A stretch of DNA of 64,000 bases from Macrostomum lignano (lineage: Eukaryota), in NCBI GenBank assembly GCA_002269645.1, contig NIVC01000195.1, positions 186,001 through 250,000 of the forward strand, in the 5' to 3' direction. The notes under the pieces are model-generated. The model was not told where the DNA came from, did not search any database, and was given only the letters and a program-made list of their open reading frames with translations. Shown here piece by piece: positions 51,269 to 64,000 of the stretch; the stretch's first letter is position 1; every line of letters starts with the position of its first letter. The translations under genes and the position numbers were made by a program.

Positions 51269-53201
51269 TCAAATCGGAGAGTCGGGCGGCGGGTCGGGCA
51301 GAGTGGCGCCGGGCCCATGGACGGTGATGGCGAGGCCCTTGGACTCCCAGCGGAAGCAGCGCGGCCACTCCTGCCGGTCTGGCGGCAGCCGCAGGCAGTG
51401 CATTTCGTAGTCCATCTGCTCCAGCAGCTCGTCCGAGATCAGCGCGTGCAGCCACAGGCCTCTGGCCGCGTACGGAAGCTCCTCCGTCACCACGACGCCG
51501 CGGACGGCGCTGGGCACCAGGGAAACGGCGTGGCCGCCGCCGCCGGCCGACACGAGGGTGAAATGGCGGCCTTTGCGGAGCCGCGACTCCAGCGCGTCAG
51601 GCAGCGCCAGGCCGGCCTCGTGCGACACGTGGATGTGCGGCCGGGACACCGTGGTCACCTCGGCGGCGCCACCGGATGGCCCGTCCTCGTCCAGCCACAT
51701 CAGGCGGCACGTGACCGCCGCCAGGCCGCTGCCGTGCTGCTCCTGGGAGAAGAAAACCGGGATGGCTGGCTTTGAGATCTGGGACGCGGGATTTGGCACG
51801 TTGTGTTTGGCATCTGAGACATGGGATGCTGGCTTTGGGATCTGGGATGCTGGCTTTGGGATCTGGGATGCTGGCTTTGGGATCTGGGATGCTGGCTTTG
51901 GGATCTGGGATGCTGGCTTTGGTATCTGGGATGCTGGCTTTGGTATCTGGGATGCTGGCTTTGGTATCTGGGATGCTGGCTTTGGTATCTGGGATGCTGG
52001 CTTTTGGATCTGGGATGCTGGCTTTGGGATCTGGGATGCTGGCTTTGGTATCTGGGATGCTGGCTTTTGGATCTGGGATGCTGGCTTTGGGATCTGGGAT
52101 GCTGGCTTTGGGATCTGGGATGCTGGCTTTGGGATCTGGGATGCTGGCTTTGGGATCTGGGATGCTGGCTTTGGGATCTGGGATGCTGGCTTTGGGATCT
52201 GGGATGCTGGCTTTGGGATCTGGGATGCTGGCTTTGGGATCTGGGATGCTGGCTTTGGGACCTGGGATGCTGGCTTTGGGATGCGGGATCCGGATTGCTA
52301 TCTTAGGGATCTGGGATGCTGACTTTGGGATCCGGATTGCTATCTTAGGGATCTGGGATGCTGACTTTGGGATTTGAGATCCGGATTGCTGTCTTAGGGA
52401 TCTCGGATCTACAGCAGAGACATTGTCAATGATGATAGAAATAAGAAAAGCAGGAAGTCAGTCGCCACAGACCTGCTGATCGCGCACCATCTCGCGCAGC
52501 TCGGGGTGCAGGTCGAACAAGGACTCGCCCCGGCGCATGTCAGTGACGATGGGCAGCATGCTGGCGATGGCCGGCACAGACCAGGCCTGGGCGGCCGCCA
52601 GCTCGTCCGCAGTTGCTCCGAGCAGCAGGGGGAAGCGGACGCTGCCCAGCGGGCCCTGGGCGCAGGGCGGCAGGCGCGGGTCGGAGGCCAGCAGCAGGTG
52701 CTGCAGCCGGGAATCGCGGCTGCCGTCAAGCGGGCCGGGCCAGGGCACGAAGTCGCCGGCGCTGATGAGGCAGCCGGTGGCGAACACGTAGCGGGCCAGC
52801 GACTGCAGCAGGCGGGCCGCCCACTGCGGCGGCGGCGAGATCGGGTCCTCGCGGCGCACCCGGAACGACAGCTCGAAGCCGAAGCCGGAGGCGTCGCCGG
52901 GCCCGGCTGCCCGCTCGTGGACGCGGCCGTCGCCATGGAGGTCGGAGAGGCCGGCGGTGACGAAGTGCCAGTGCGGTGACACCTCGGAATCGCCCGGGTG
53001 GGCGAAGGCGAGCACGCAGTCCAGCGGGTCGGGGCCGCCCTGCCAGTACTTGAGCACAGAGTAAAAGTGCAGCGGGCAGGTCTGGCTGGGGTAGAGCGCC
53101 AGGCAGGTTGTGCGCAGCAGCTCAAGGCCGGGCGGAACGGCCTCGTCTGGCGCCGCGACTGGCGCCGCGACTGGCGCTGCGACTGGGGCTGCGGCCGACT
53201 G
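51269..53201 (-). CDS. SUFU: Suppressor of fused homolog; exons 53201-52473 and 51742-51269; initiator exon not identified
   Basis: PPGLELL..LYPSQ, KYWQGGPDPLD, HWHFVTAGLSDLHGDGRV, SGFGFELSFR, LARYVF, TDMRRGESLF; SUFU_C block SRLRKGRHFT, TEELPYAARGLWL; phase-0 GT-AG junction. Confidence 0.93.
51815..52400 (+). repeat. 21-bp minisatellite GGGATCTGGGATGCTGGCTTT filling the SUFU intron
   Basis: direct reading. Confidence 0.95.
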
Positions 53202-53218
53202 CTGCGGGAGCGAGAGTC

Positions 53219-53738
53219 GGGAGCTGAATCTCAGGTGCCAGTTGCTGGGGGATCTGGGAGCTGAATCTCAGGTGCCAGTTGCTGGGGGATCTGGGAGCTG
53301 AATCTCAGGTGCCAGTTGCTGGGGGATCTGGGAGCTGAATCTCAGGTGCCAGTTGCTGGGGGATCTGGGAGCTGAATCTCAGGTGCCAGTTGCTGGGGGA
53401 TCTGGGAGCTGAATCTCAGGTGCCAGTTGCAGGGGGATCTGGGAGCTGAATCTCAGGTGCCAGTTGCTGGGGGATCTGGGAGCTCAATCTCAGGTGCCAG
53501 TTGCTGGGGGATCTGGGAGCTCAATCTCAGGTGCCAGTTGCTGGGGGATCTGGGAGCTCAATCTCAGGTGCCAGTTGCTGGGGGATCTGGGAGCTCAATC
53601 TCAGGTGCCAGTTGCTGGGGGATCTGGGAGCTCAATCTCAGGTGCCAGTTGCTGGGGGATCTGGGAGCTCAATCTCAGGTGCCAGTTGCTGGGGGATCTG
53701 GGAGCTGAATCTCAGGTGCCAGTTGCTGGGGGATCTGG
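53219..53738 (+). repeat. 37-bp minisatellite GCT(G/C)AATCTCAGGTGCCAGTTGCTGGGGGATCTGGGA, about 14 copies
   Basis: direct reading. Confidence 0.95.
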
Positions 53739-54318
53739 GAAACCAGACATCTAGCGTCTCCAAAGAAACACACAAAATGAAAGAGCCAAATAATGCTGAA
53801 ATGAAGAACAACAAAGAAAACAGGTATCCCAAAAGTTGTTAAGTTGTTGGATTTTATCCCGCTGGGTTGATTCGCAATGAAATTAAAAAATCGCATTAAG
53901 AATTGAAAGTGCCAGTCGATAGCAGGGAGCGGAATAATCTAATAATCAATATGCTGTGAAAATAATAAAGCTGCAAAAATACGTGCAATTTAACAATCAG
54001 CGCAATCCATACTTATAATGTCTACACTAGCTGGAATAAAAACTGCGGCGAGTCACAAATTGGTTCGAATACTCGGAGCTTGAGTCCAATCAGCCCCGGA
54101 GCTCTGAGTCTGAGAGCGCGTATAAAAGAAATGACAAATTCTATGAATATGAAGCCCAGGAGTGTCAATTAGAAGCACAGTGCAGGCATGCTAAAACAGA
54201 AAAATTACACAGGTAAACTGAATCCCAGCCTACAGTTACCGAATCCTCCGCATCCCAGCCCCATAGCAACCAGTACCCAGTATTGCGATTATTGTAATGC
54301 TCAAAGCGCCGAGCACTT

Positions 54319-57300
54319 TCACACGCTGACGCTGCCCTCACGGAAGTCGGTCTTGCCAATCAGGCAGTTCACAAGGCAGGGCGTCCCTCCGCGCGTGGCC
54401 TGCAGGGCTTCGGCGAACACCTCGGACAGGCGGCCGGCGTCCGGTTTGTCCACCAGAATGCCGCGGCAGTCGAAGGCGGACATGGCCTGGTCGTAGCGGC
54501 TGTAGCTCAGCTCGCAGCCCACGCTGCTGCCGAACAGGGGAATCTGCGAGGCGTGGGGAATGCACGAGCTTTAGCAACTGCGGGACTTCCTTCACTGCAT
54601 AATGCAATTCAGCATATCAGCCCTGCTAACTGCCCCGCTATCAGCCCTGCTAACTGCCCCGCTATCAGCCCTGCTAACTGCCCCGCTATCAGCCCTGCTA
54701 ACTGCCCCGCTATCAGCCCTGCTAACTGCCCCGCTATCAGCCCTGCTAACTGCCCCGCTATCAGCCCTGCTAACTGCCCCGCTATCAGCCCTGCTAACTG
54801 CCCCGCTATCAGCCCTGCTAACTGCCCCGCTATCAGCCCTGCTAACTGCCCCGCTATCAGCCCTGCTAACTGCCCCGCTATCAGCCCTGCTAACTGCCCC
54901 GCTATCAGCCCTGCTAACTGCCCCGGTATCAGCCCTGCTAACTGCCCCGCTATCAGCCCTGCTAACTGCCCCGCTATCAGCCCTGCTAACTGCCCCGCTA
55001 TCAGCCCTGCTAACTGCCCCGCTATCAGCCCTGCTAACTGCCCCGCTATCAGCCCTGCTAACTGCCCCGCTATCAGCCCTGCCCCAAAGTCAGATACCGC
55101 ACCTGCTCCCTGGCAATTTGAGTCCAGCAGGCATCGTTGCCAACGATGCCCAACACGGGCAGCTCGTGCCGCTTGAAGGTGTCGAACTCGACCAGCGAGT
55201 AGCCCAGCGAGCCGTCGCCCCACACCACCACAATGTCGTGATCCGGCAGGCAGAGCTTGGCGCCCAGAGCAAAGCCGGCCCCGACCCCGAGGGTGCCAAA
55301 CGCGCCGGGGTCCAGCCAGCGGAGCGGCCCACGCGGCCGGAGCAGGTAGGCGGCCGAGCCGACAAAATCGCCGCCGTCGGCCACAAGAACGGTGCGGTCG
55401 GACATGGCGGCCTCCAGCTTGGTGAGGACGTGAAGTGGATTTAATTTGCCGCTGGCGGCCAGCGGTTCCGCCGCTTTGGCCGAGTTCGACCGGGACTTGT
55501 CCGAGTCTAGTGTGCGCAGGCTGGCCAGCCAGTCCTCGGGCGGCCGGTGGCCGGCCAGGCGCTGGGCGACGCGCTCCAGCGTGGTGCCGACGTCCGCAAC
55601 GACGGCCAGGGCGGGTGTCCAGAACAGGTCGGAGTTGCGGCGCAGCTGCGCCTCGGAGCGGTTGACGGCGGCGATGCGGCTGCGGCGGCTCAGCGACCGG
55701 CCGTAGTTGAGGCGAAAGTCGCAGACGGTGCCGGCAAGCAGGACGAAGTCGGCCTCGCGCAGGGCGTCGCGACGGCAGTGGCGGAGCTGAAGGGGCAAGG
55801 AGTGATTGGATTGGAAAATTAAGTAGAGGGCGATTCTCTTCAGGGGAATTTGGGGAGGGCGATTCTTTTCAGGGGAATTTGGGGAAAGCGATTCTTTTCA
55901 GGGGAATTTGGGGAGGGCGATTCTCTTTAGGGGAATTTCGGGAGGGCGATTCTCTTCAGGGGAATTTGGGGAGGGCGATTCTCTTTAGGGGAATTTCGGG
56001 AGGGCGATTCTCTGAAGGGGAATTTCGGGAGGGCGATTCTCTCTTTAGGGGAATTCGGGGAGGGCGATCCTCTTTAGAAGAATTCGGGGAGGGTGATTCT
56101 CTTCAGGGGAACTTTCTCGAAGGAAATTGAGAGCGGCTAGGAGGCAGTTTACCGAGATATGCAGAGAAATTATTTTCAATGGAAACTGGGGCAATCACCT
56201 GGATCTCCGAGTCCTGACCGAGCAGCCCGCGCGACATGCCGCCCAGGAAGCAGGGCAGGCCCATGGCCTCCAGGCTGGCCCGGGTGCGGTCGGCTGGCAC
56301 AGGGGGCAGCACGGCCTGGCTGCCCAGCACCACCACTGGCCGCTTGGCCTGTCGGATCATGTCGGCCAGCCGGTCCACCTGGGCGTTGCTGGGCATCGGC
56401 ACGACCGGCGGCAGCGGCGAGACGTCGCGTTTGCGAAACGCGTCGCCAAACAGATTGTGAATGTAGGCGTCCACGATGAACTTGACGATGCGGGCGCTGA
56501 GTCCGGGCGCCTCCTTGACGCCGATCTCGCGGGCAACCAGGCCGATGGGGTACAGGGTGTCGATGGGCAGCTCCACGAACACCGGGCCGGGCGTGCCGGA
56601 GTGGGCGGCCTGGATGGCGCGGCGCAGGGTCGGCACAATGTCCCTGACGGCTGTGACGGTGGCGTTGAACTTGCAGAGCGGCTTCAGAAGGGCCAGCTGG
56701 TCGATGTCCTGCAAGGGTGTTACGGGTTCAGAGGCATGCAATAGGATTGTAGGCTTAGTTAATTATTAAGACAGCACCGGCGCACCGCCCTAAAGGAACA
56801 AGAGGGGAGCAGCGCCAGTGACAACGGAACTACAAGAGTAAGAGCGCCTACCAAAGGATCAGAGGGAGAGTAGCGACTGCAGCGCCACACAAAAGGACCA
56901 GAGAGAGGGGAGGGAGGCGGCGCTCACCAAAGGACCAGAGGGGAGGGTGGCGGCGCTCACCAAAGGACCAGAGGGGAGGGTGGCGGCGCTCACCAAAGGA
57001 CCAGAGAGGGGAGGGTGGCGGCGCTCACCAAAGGACCAGAGAGGTGAGGGTGGCGGCGCTCACCAAAGGACCAGAGAGGGGAGGGTGGCGGCGCTCCCCA
57101 AAGGACCAGAGGGGAGGGTGGGGTGGCGGCGCTCCCCAAAGGACCAGAGGGGAGGGTGGCGGCGCTCACCAAAGGACCAGAGGGGAGGGTGGCGGCGCTC
57201 ACCAAAGGACCAGAGGGGAGGGTGGCGGCGCTCACCAAAGGACCAGAGGGGAGGGTGGCGGCGCTCACCAAAGGACCAGAGAGTGGAGGGAGGCGGCGCT

Positions 57301-57908
57301 CACCAAAGGACCAGAGGGGAGGGTGGCGGCGCTCACCAAAGGACCAGAGGGGAAGGAAGCGGCGCTCACCAAAGGACCAGAGGGAAGGGTGGCGGCGCCC
57401 CACCAGAAACTAATATGAACAGCCGGCCCGGCCGTACCTGCAGAGCGCCCCGGCCCTTCAGAATGCCGGCAGCGGCTCCGCCGAGCAGCAGCAGCGGCGA
57501 CTCGGCCATCTGCGCGTTCTTCACCGCGGTGACCGTGTTGGTGAGGCCCGGGCCGGCGGTCACGCAGGCGGCTGCCAGACCGCCGGAGATGCGGGCGACG
57601 GCATCAGCGGCGAACACGGTGGTGACCTCGTGCCGGGTGTCCACCACGCGCAGGCCGAGCCTCTCGCAGGCGACGAGAATCGGAGACACATGGCCGCCGC
57701 ACAGGGTGAACACGAACTTGACGCCGTGGGATTTGAGCACCTCGGCCACCAGGTCTCCACCGCAGCGGGTGGAGTCCTTGTCCACACTGTACACCAGCAG
57801 AGAGAAAAAGCCGCGCTTGCGGGCCACGTGCAGCAGAGCGGCAACGAGGGCCAGGAGGATCGCAGCGCCTGCGGCAAGCGACCAACAACAGCAGCTGCTC
57901 ATTGGCAT
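54319..57908 (-). CDS. ILVBL: acetolactate synthase-like protein / 2-hydroxyacyl-CoA lyase 2 (ThDP enzyme); exons 57908-57438, 56708-56199, 55786-55103, 54543-54319 (629 aa)
   Basis: N-terminal TM segment; [71 protein letters not shown], ThDP motif GDGSLGY...[14 protein letters not shown]; all junctions are phase-0 GT-AG. Confidence 0.96.
54615..55083 (+). repeat. 24-bp minisatellite ATCAGCCCTGCTAACTGCCCCGCT, about 19 copies
   Basis: direct reading; ILVBL intron 3. Confidence 0.96.
55825..56115 (+). repeat. ~29-bp minisatellite GGGAGGGCGATTCTCTTTAGGGGAATTT
   Basis: direct reading; ILVBL intron 2. Confidence 0.88.
56915..57395 (+). repeat. ~33-bp minisatellite GGGAGGGTGGCGGCGCTCACCAAAGGACCAGAG
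   Basis: direct reading; ILVBL intron 1. Confidence 0.92.
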
Positions 57909-59479
57909 GCAATGAATTGCAGAGACTACCATATATGAATTCATACATAAATCTTACATTAGAGATATAGCCAGCCAAGTGTCGCATTAGAAGGTGGCAC
58001 TAATACAAAAATAGTGCTTTAATGTTACAAGTAATGTTACATGTTACAAGATACAACAATAGGGTCAATAAATAGCAAAAAAATTGTTCTTTACTCATGT
58101 CCTCTCACGTTTCTAATCTTAACTATCTATCGACTAAGGTATAGTGAATTCTTTCAGGCTTTTAAGAAGCCTTATATACACATGGTTTGAAATTTAGGAT
58201 TTTAAACATGTTTAAGCATGCAAGTACACCAATTGATTTCTTTATCTATGCAGGATGTAATCCATATAAAAAAATCAATTGCTCCAATAGGGAATAGATA
58301 TAATTCTATTATATCTATCTATTATATCTATTGAGCAATAATAGATATAATTCTATTCCCTAAGATATAATATATATTGGGTAATTGTTTTTTTAAATAC
58401 CCTACAAAGTTTGTTAAAACCAAGTTCTACAACTTCATCAACCAAAAGTTTAGCTTAAAACCAAAAAAAGTACAATCAATTTTACTCTGCTATTTATTTG
58501 GGAAGCCATCCACATTAAATTTAAACAAAAACTTCAAAATGCTATCTATAAGTACTAGCAAACTGACATTAACATAAACTTATGATAATTATGATAAAGT
58601 TGTTTTTCTTACTACTAATTAATATTAGGCATAGCAACCTACCAAAGCTATACTATGATTGATTTTATTCACTATATAATTCGATTACCCAATTACAAAT
58701 TGAATTGATAGAGAACCAAACAAATGAATATCCTATTTTATTTGTGTACAAGTTGACAAAATGGCCAGTTGATAAAATCATGAGTAGTATTTTAACTTTA
58801 TTAGCCCTCTGCAAAATATGGCAGTTTTTTGGGCAGGAATTTTACTGTGAAAACCAACCAAAGAAGGCCTACCTCTGTAGTGTAGAGGAAACTGCCGATA
58901 ATCGGCTGGATGTAACACATAAAATGTGCAGAATCCACCAAAAAACCCACCCAACACTTGGATGTTTCCTAGGTGGATTTTGTTTCAGAAACTGCCAAAG
59001 AACCCGCTAGCCGTTAGGCTGTTTCCTGGGTGGATTTTGTTTCAGAAACTGCCGAAGAAGCTACTGATTGAAATCTAATTATTCTGCGGATCCTATGTAG
59101 AGCACAATTATTGCATTAATGCTATTTTAATATACATGTTAATGTTGAAATTTATTGTTAAAATACGAGTAACATAGAAATGTACTATTTCTGTAATAAA
59201 CACCTACTTCAATAATCATTGATTACAAAGACTACAACAGTCAAGGGTAGCCTGAAGCATTTTAATATGATCCAAATAAGTGCAAACAGTAAAAAACATG
59301 AGTTCACATTTTCCAAGGCTAAAGCCAAAAATATAGAGCACTTTTTATTATTAAAATAGTATATTATATTATTAGTGGACCAAACCAAAGTTGTAAAAAA
59401 TAGAACATAACATGTGATTATAGCAGATGGCATAAAAAACTTGTGCATAAATACACTACATAGTCAACACTACATCCAT

Positions 59480-59920
59480 AATGCAATACATCCTCTCGAT
59501 TCTACTTATTCTTGTATCCTCTCTCCTCACTCCACTTCTCTCTCCCATTGCCTCTCCTTTCTGCTCTTACATATTTCTCTTCTATCTCCTCTGTTCTGTC
59601 TACTCTCACATATCTTATCTCTGCACTCTCTTCTTTCCTTTCTCCTCTTTTATAGCTCCATCTCTCTCCATCTCTATCTCTCTTTCATCTCTTCTCTCTG
59701 CTCACTCATCTCCACTCTATAATCTCTCTTGTTTCCTCTCTCATCTCTCTACTCTCCCACTTCTACTCTCCTCTATCACTTCTTTACTTTCTCCTATCTA
59801 CTCTCTCCTCTCATTTCATCTCTCCCTCCTCTCACGTCTACTCTCTCCTCCCACTTCTCTTGCCCCTCTTTACTCTCTCCTTCCTCTCTTCCATCTCCTC
59901 TCACTTCTCTCCTCTCACAG
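59480..59920 (+). repeat. CT-rich low-complexity tract
   Basis: direct reading. Confidence 0.8.
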
Positions 59921-62900
59921 TGAATGTATGAAAGCTTCCGATGGAATAACCAAAGGAGTTTTTTGACAAGGATCTGCCAGGAAAAGTCAACATGTAGTTT
60001 AATGAATTTGTGTTTAAAGTTTACTTTGCATGCTTTTTATTCAAAAACCTTCGAATTACAAAATGAAACAACTTGGCAGTCGGTTGCTCATTTAGCTGAA
60101 ATTTTTGGGGACCATCTATGACGTAGAAATATAAATGTACTGCATTACATCAGCCAGAATAAAAAACAAGTCAAGAAACTAGGCCTAAAATTGACTATAT
60201 GGTATGGAGTAACTTGCTTGCAAACTGGTGACTAAATCACGTCAAATTATCGCGGAAACTAGTCCTGTCATCAGTAAAGATTAATTTCATTACAAAAATA
60301 ATGAAAATGAGCCTAAAGGTTGTCTCAATTTGGCAGCATAAATAAATGGAAGAAAAGAAGTAAAACTTTTGATAAGCAGTATAGTAAGAAAATGTAGTTG
60401 AATCATACTTGCTATATATATTTCATATAGCTAAGCATTTATTTCATATAAGCATATATTTCATGTAAACATTTCAAGCAAATGAATGGCCTCTAAAATG
60501 AAATTAAATTTGATTCTCTTAGCAGTTTCCTGAAAGAGAGTAAATGGTGGATTCTGCAGGAATCATCCAAAGCTTTGTGAGAACCCGCCAAAGTTTTTGG
60601 TGGGTTCCTTTGTCAATTCCGATTTCCAACATGGCTGGAATCTCTGAAAGAAACCACCAAGTGTTTGGTGGTTTTTTCGGTTGGAAACTCTTTTCTTTGT
60701 GGTTTTTTGGGTGTTTTCTTACTGGGCGGGTTTTTTGGCAGTTTTTTGCACCTAGAATCGTCTCATTGGGAGGGTTTTGTGTGTGGGCAGGATTTGTGTG
60801 TGGAAACATCGGTGTTTCCGCTTGGAATCAGCCAAAGAAACAACCATATTTTGCAGCAGGGAATAGAATCAAAGACAAAAAAGCTGTAGATAATATACAG
60901 TTATGTGCATATACAACTAGGTAAATGGTGGGAATAATTATAACTATTTAGATAGGCAAATAACTTATCATCTAATTAGCCTATTGTCAGCAAATGGTCA
61001 AACATATAGCAAGGCATCAATGTTCTATGATATCTAGAACAGTAATAGTCCACTTTGGTAACAGCTATTTCAGGAATAGCCACTTTGGTAACAAGTGAGA
61101 ATAATATAATATGTATTAATTGACATGCTCCAAAAGGATGTGCAAAAATACATGCGCAACCTTGGGAATTACTTAGCCATTTCTATTGGCAAACAGACAT
61201 ATAAGTCGCTATTGGCTGAGAGCAGTCATGTGACTACTATTCCGTCTAATAGCAACTTACATGTGTTGTCAATAGAAACAGGCCAAGTGAATCCCTAGGT
61301 TGTGCCCAAGCATGTATGTGAACAAACTTTAAAGAAAAAATAACAGAACACATGCATGTGATTAAATTGTTTAAAAGTAGTTTCAACCAATCGATTTTAA
61401 TTTCCAGATGAGTCAAATATATGCACCCAAGACATCTTATAATTTAGTGTTTTGCCATAAGGAGGGTCCATGTACTGTAGCTGTAGCCATAAGCAAAACT
61501 ATGGGTTATTCTAATTCTCTATATTCTGTAGCCGTAAGGACCTCAATATTACCATATTCCCATAGTTCCCATAGCCATAGCTGTAGTTTTAACAAAAAGT
61601 CTAGAAAACAAAATATTTTAAATCAAGAGGATAACCTGGTGCTTAAACAACTGCAAATTAAGTTAGAAAATATAAGAAACACTTGATTGCCTTTGTAAGA
61701 TTATATTTCATCTTTTAATAAAGCAACAATACTTAATTGTTACTAAAAGTACTAATGCTAAACTTTTTTCACATTGATAAAAATTAGAATTTGCTAGTGT
61801 TTTATTGTACTTTATTAGGTATATTCTATAAGTTTCTAATTTGATAATACAGTTTACTAAAGTATCTTTGTTTTACTCTACCTGTTTCTATTTTTTTTTC
61901 TATTTTTTTAAATTAACAACTATAGCTACAAGAATCTATGAAATGTGACAGCAACTACCATATTTCCATAGTCATAGCCATAAGAGCAACTAGCTACCGT
62001 AGGCATATCTGTAACTGCCATAGGCATCTATTTTACCATATTTGCTATAGGATCACATAGCCATAGCTATGGCTATAGTGGAACAAACTATAAATGACCA
62101 AATGTTATATACTGTGTATATTAGAATCTCTGATCTAGTTAGCAAATAGCATCTTAAAATTATATAATCAACTTTTTTTTCATTAATTATTTGAATTTTT
62201 TCAATTACAAAATATGTATATGAGCTCTTTGTAAGGCTTTGTTCAATTTTCTTTGCCTTTAAATTTTTCATAGTTAATATGCAAGTTCAAATAAAGTATA
62301 ATATAGTTTAACTAGAAAGTTTAACAATATGTACAATAAGATATTTGAAATGTAAATTATTAAACTACTTAAAGCTAAACCTAATTATCATTAAAAAAGT
62401 GTTAAGAGTCGTAAATCTGCTTTGTTACCAAAGTGGCTATTACTGAAGTGTTTTTTTTTTACTAAAGTGGCTGTTACCAAAGTGGCTATTATTGAAGTAG
62501 ATTATATTCTTTAGAACTGGGCTCCAATAAGGCTACAAGTAGAACAAATTTACTAGGCCTAGGCTTACATTTCTAGATAAATTGTTGACACATTTGATGC
62601 CATTTGCTTATAGGCTAAGTGTGCATGTGTACTATAGTCAGGAAGGTGGCACAGTGTGCGCCAGAACTATTTTGATGGCTTTTGAGCACTGTGCGCCGTG
62701 CGCCGTGAAGAAAATATTTTGTGCGCCGCAGCGCGCCATGATAAGGTAAGGTAAGGTAATCAATAATTCACTGGTAAACAAATTTGAATTTATGGTAGAC
62801 AAATTTGAATTTCATTTATGTATTTTATATTGTGATTTACGTAATTTTAGTACTCTGATAGTATAACATTTTATTTTATGAATTATGGAATTAGGCCTGA

Positions 62901-63714
62901 TACTATATATTTTGCAAAGTATAACGAAGTGTAACTATATATATTTTCAGCGCCATGTGCCATGTGCACCGCCAGAGCATTTCCAATTTTTCCTTGTATC
63001 CTATGTGCACCGTGTGTGCCAAAAAAGGGCCAATTTGCGCCGGAAAATTCACCAAAAACTGCTACTTTCCTAGCTATGGCATATGTATATGCATATACAT
63101 GCATATGTACCTATTTCCTATAGGTTTTGAAGATGCGGCTGACTTGTCTCTTTCTTGGCTCTGCTTGTGCCCGCATTGCGGGGGGCCAAGTGGGATGGAA
63201 GCAATGGCCCTTGAGCGAGGCTCTGGCTAATGTGCACCAGCACATGTGCACATCTGCCTATAGCTATTCTTGCTAAATTTTCTTAGGTGCATTTATGCCC
63301 AATGCAAAATGAAGACTTTTCTGATAGGGCAGGCCCTATATCATTCTTATCTAACAAATAAATAAACATAAAAAAACTAACAACAAAAAATTAGCCTATT
63401 GCAATATTATAACTTTGATTAGAATATTTATATATTGCTTTTTTATGGTTTTAAAGTGATTTGATAAGTAAACTGATAGTAAATGAATACAAAAATATTT
63501 CTTGCATTTTTAAATAAATAATTTTGCACTTTCATTCAAAATATTGTGGCGCTAAAATGGAGCTAGTTGCGCTAGTGTTTAGTTCGTTGACACTGACTAG
63601 GCTGCTGGGGTCTGGGATATGGGGGAATCTACTTATTAAACAAAAAAGTTTTTTATATTAGAATTACATATACGGCTCTGGTTTGTGATATCATAGATGT
63701 CATATCAGGGTCTA

Positions 63715-64000
63715 CGACGTTTGCCTGCGGGACGTTTGCCAGCCGACATTTGCCTGCGGGACATTTGCCAGCCGACATTTGCCAGCCGACGTTTGCTAGC
63801 CGACGTTTGCCAGCGGGACGTTTGCCAGCGGGACGTTTGCCAGCCGAAGTTTGCCTGCCGGACGTTTGCCTGCGGGACGTTTGCCAGCCAACGTTTGCCA
63901 GCCGACGGTTGCCAGCCGACATTTGCCAGCCGACGTTTGCCAGCGGGACGTTTGCCAGCCGAAGTTTGCCTGCCGGACGTTTGCCTGCGGGACGTTTGCC
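63715..64000 (+). repeat. 14-15-bp minisatellite GCC(A/T)GC(C/G)GGACGTTT, running off the window end
   Basis: direct reading. Confidence 0.9.

Noticed and set aside
58000-63700. Short ORFs in the AT-rich tail (for example 60544-60924)
   Set aside because: No recognisable domains, composition unlike the GC-rich exons, and no coherent splice chain

Overview
Eukaryotic (metazoan) genomic DNA with GC-rich coding exons, canonical GT-AG introns and about 37 different tandem-repeat arrays covering roughly 40% of the window (my rough sum is about 25 kb). This architecture, plus the gene content (animal-type USP, SUFU, nAChR), suggests a lophotrochozoan, most plausibly a Macrostomum-like flatworm; that is an inference. 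Genes reconstructed by hand with phase-consistent splice sites: a long-form PDE4 cAMP phosphodiesterase (+, 538-16277, 9 exons), a small secreted Cys-rich protein (+, 18835-20334), a minus-strand exon chain with an ERICH3/DUF4590 domain, a Q/D/K repeat and a C-terminal PLAT domain (22599-33760), a nicotinic acetylcholine receptor alpha-type subunit (+, 40022-44778, first exon not found), a universal stress protein (-), SUFU (-, start not found) and ILVBL/HACL2 (-). A PDE4 intron holds a decayed Mag-type Ty3/gypsy gag-protease fragment bounded by inverted (not direct) LTR-like ends. Most long ORFs in the ORF track are artefacts of minisatellites. The final about 6 kb is AT-rich and non-coding. 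Array boundaries and copy numbers are approximate counts by eye.
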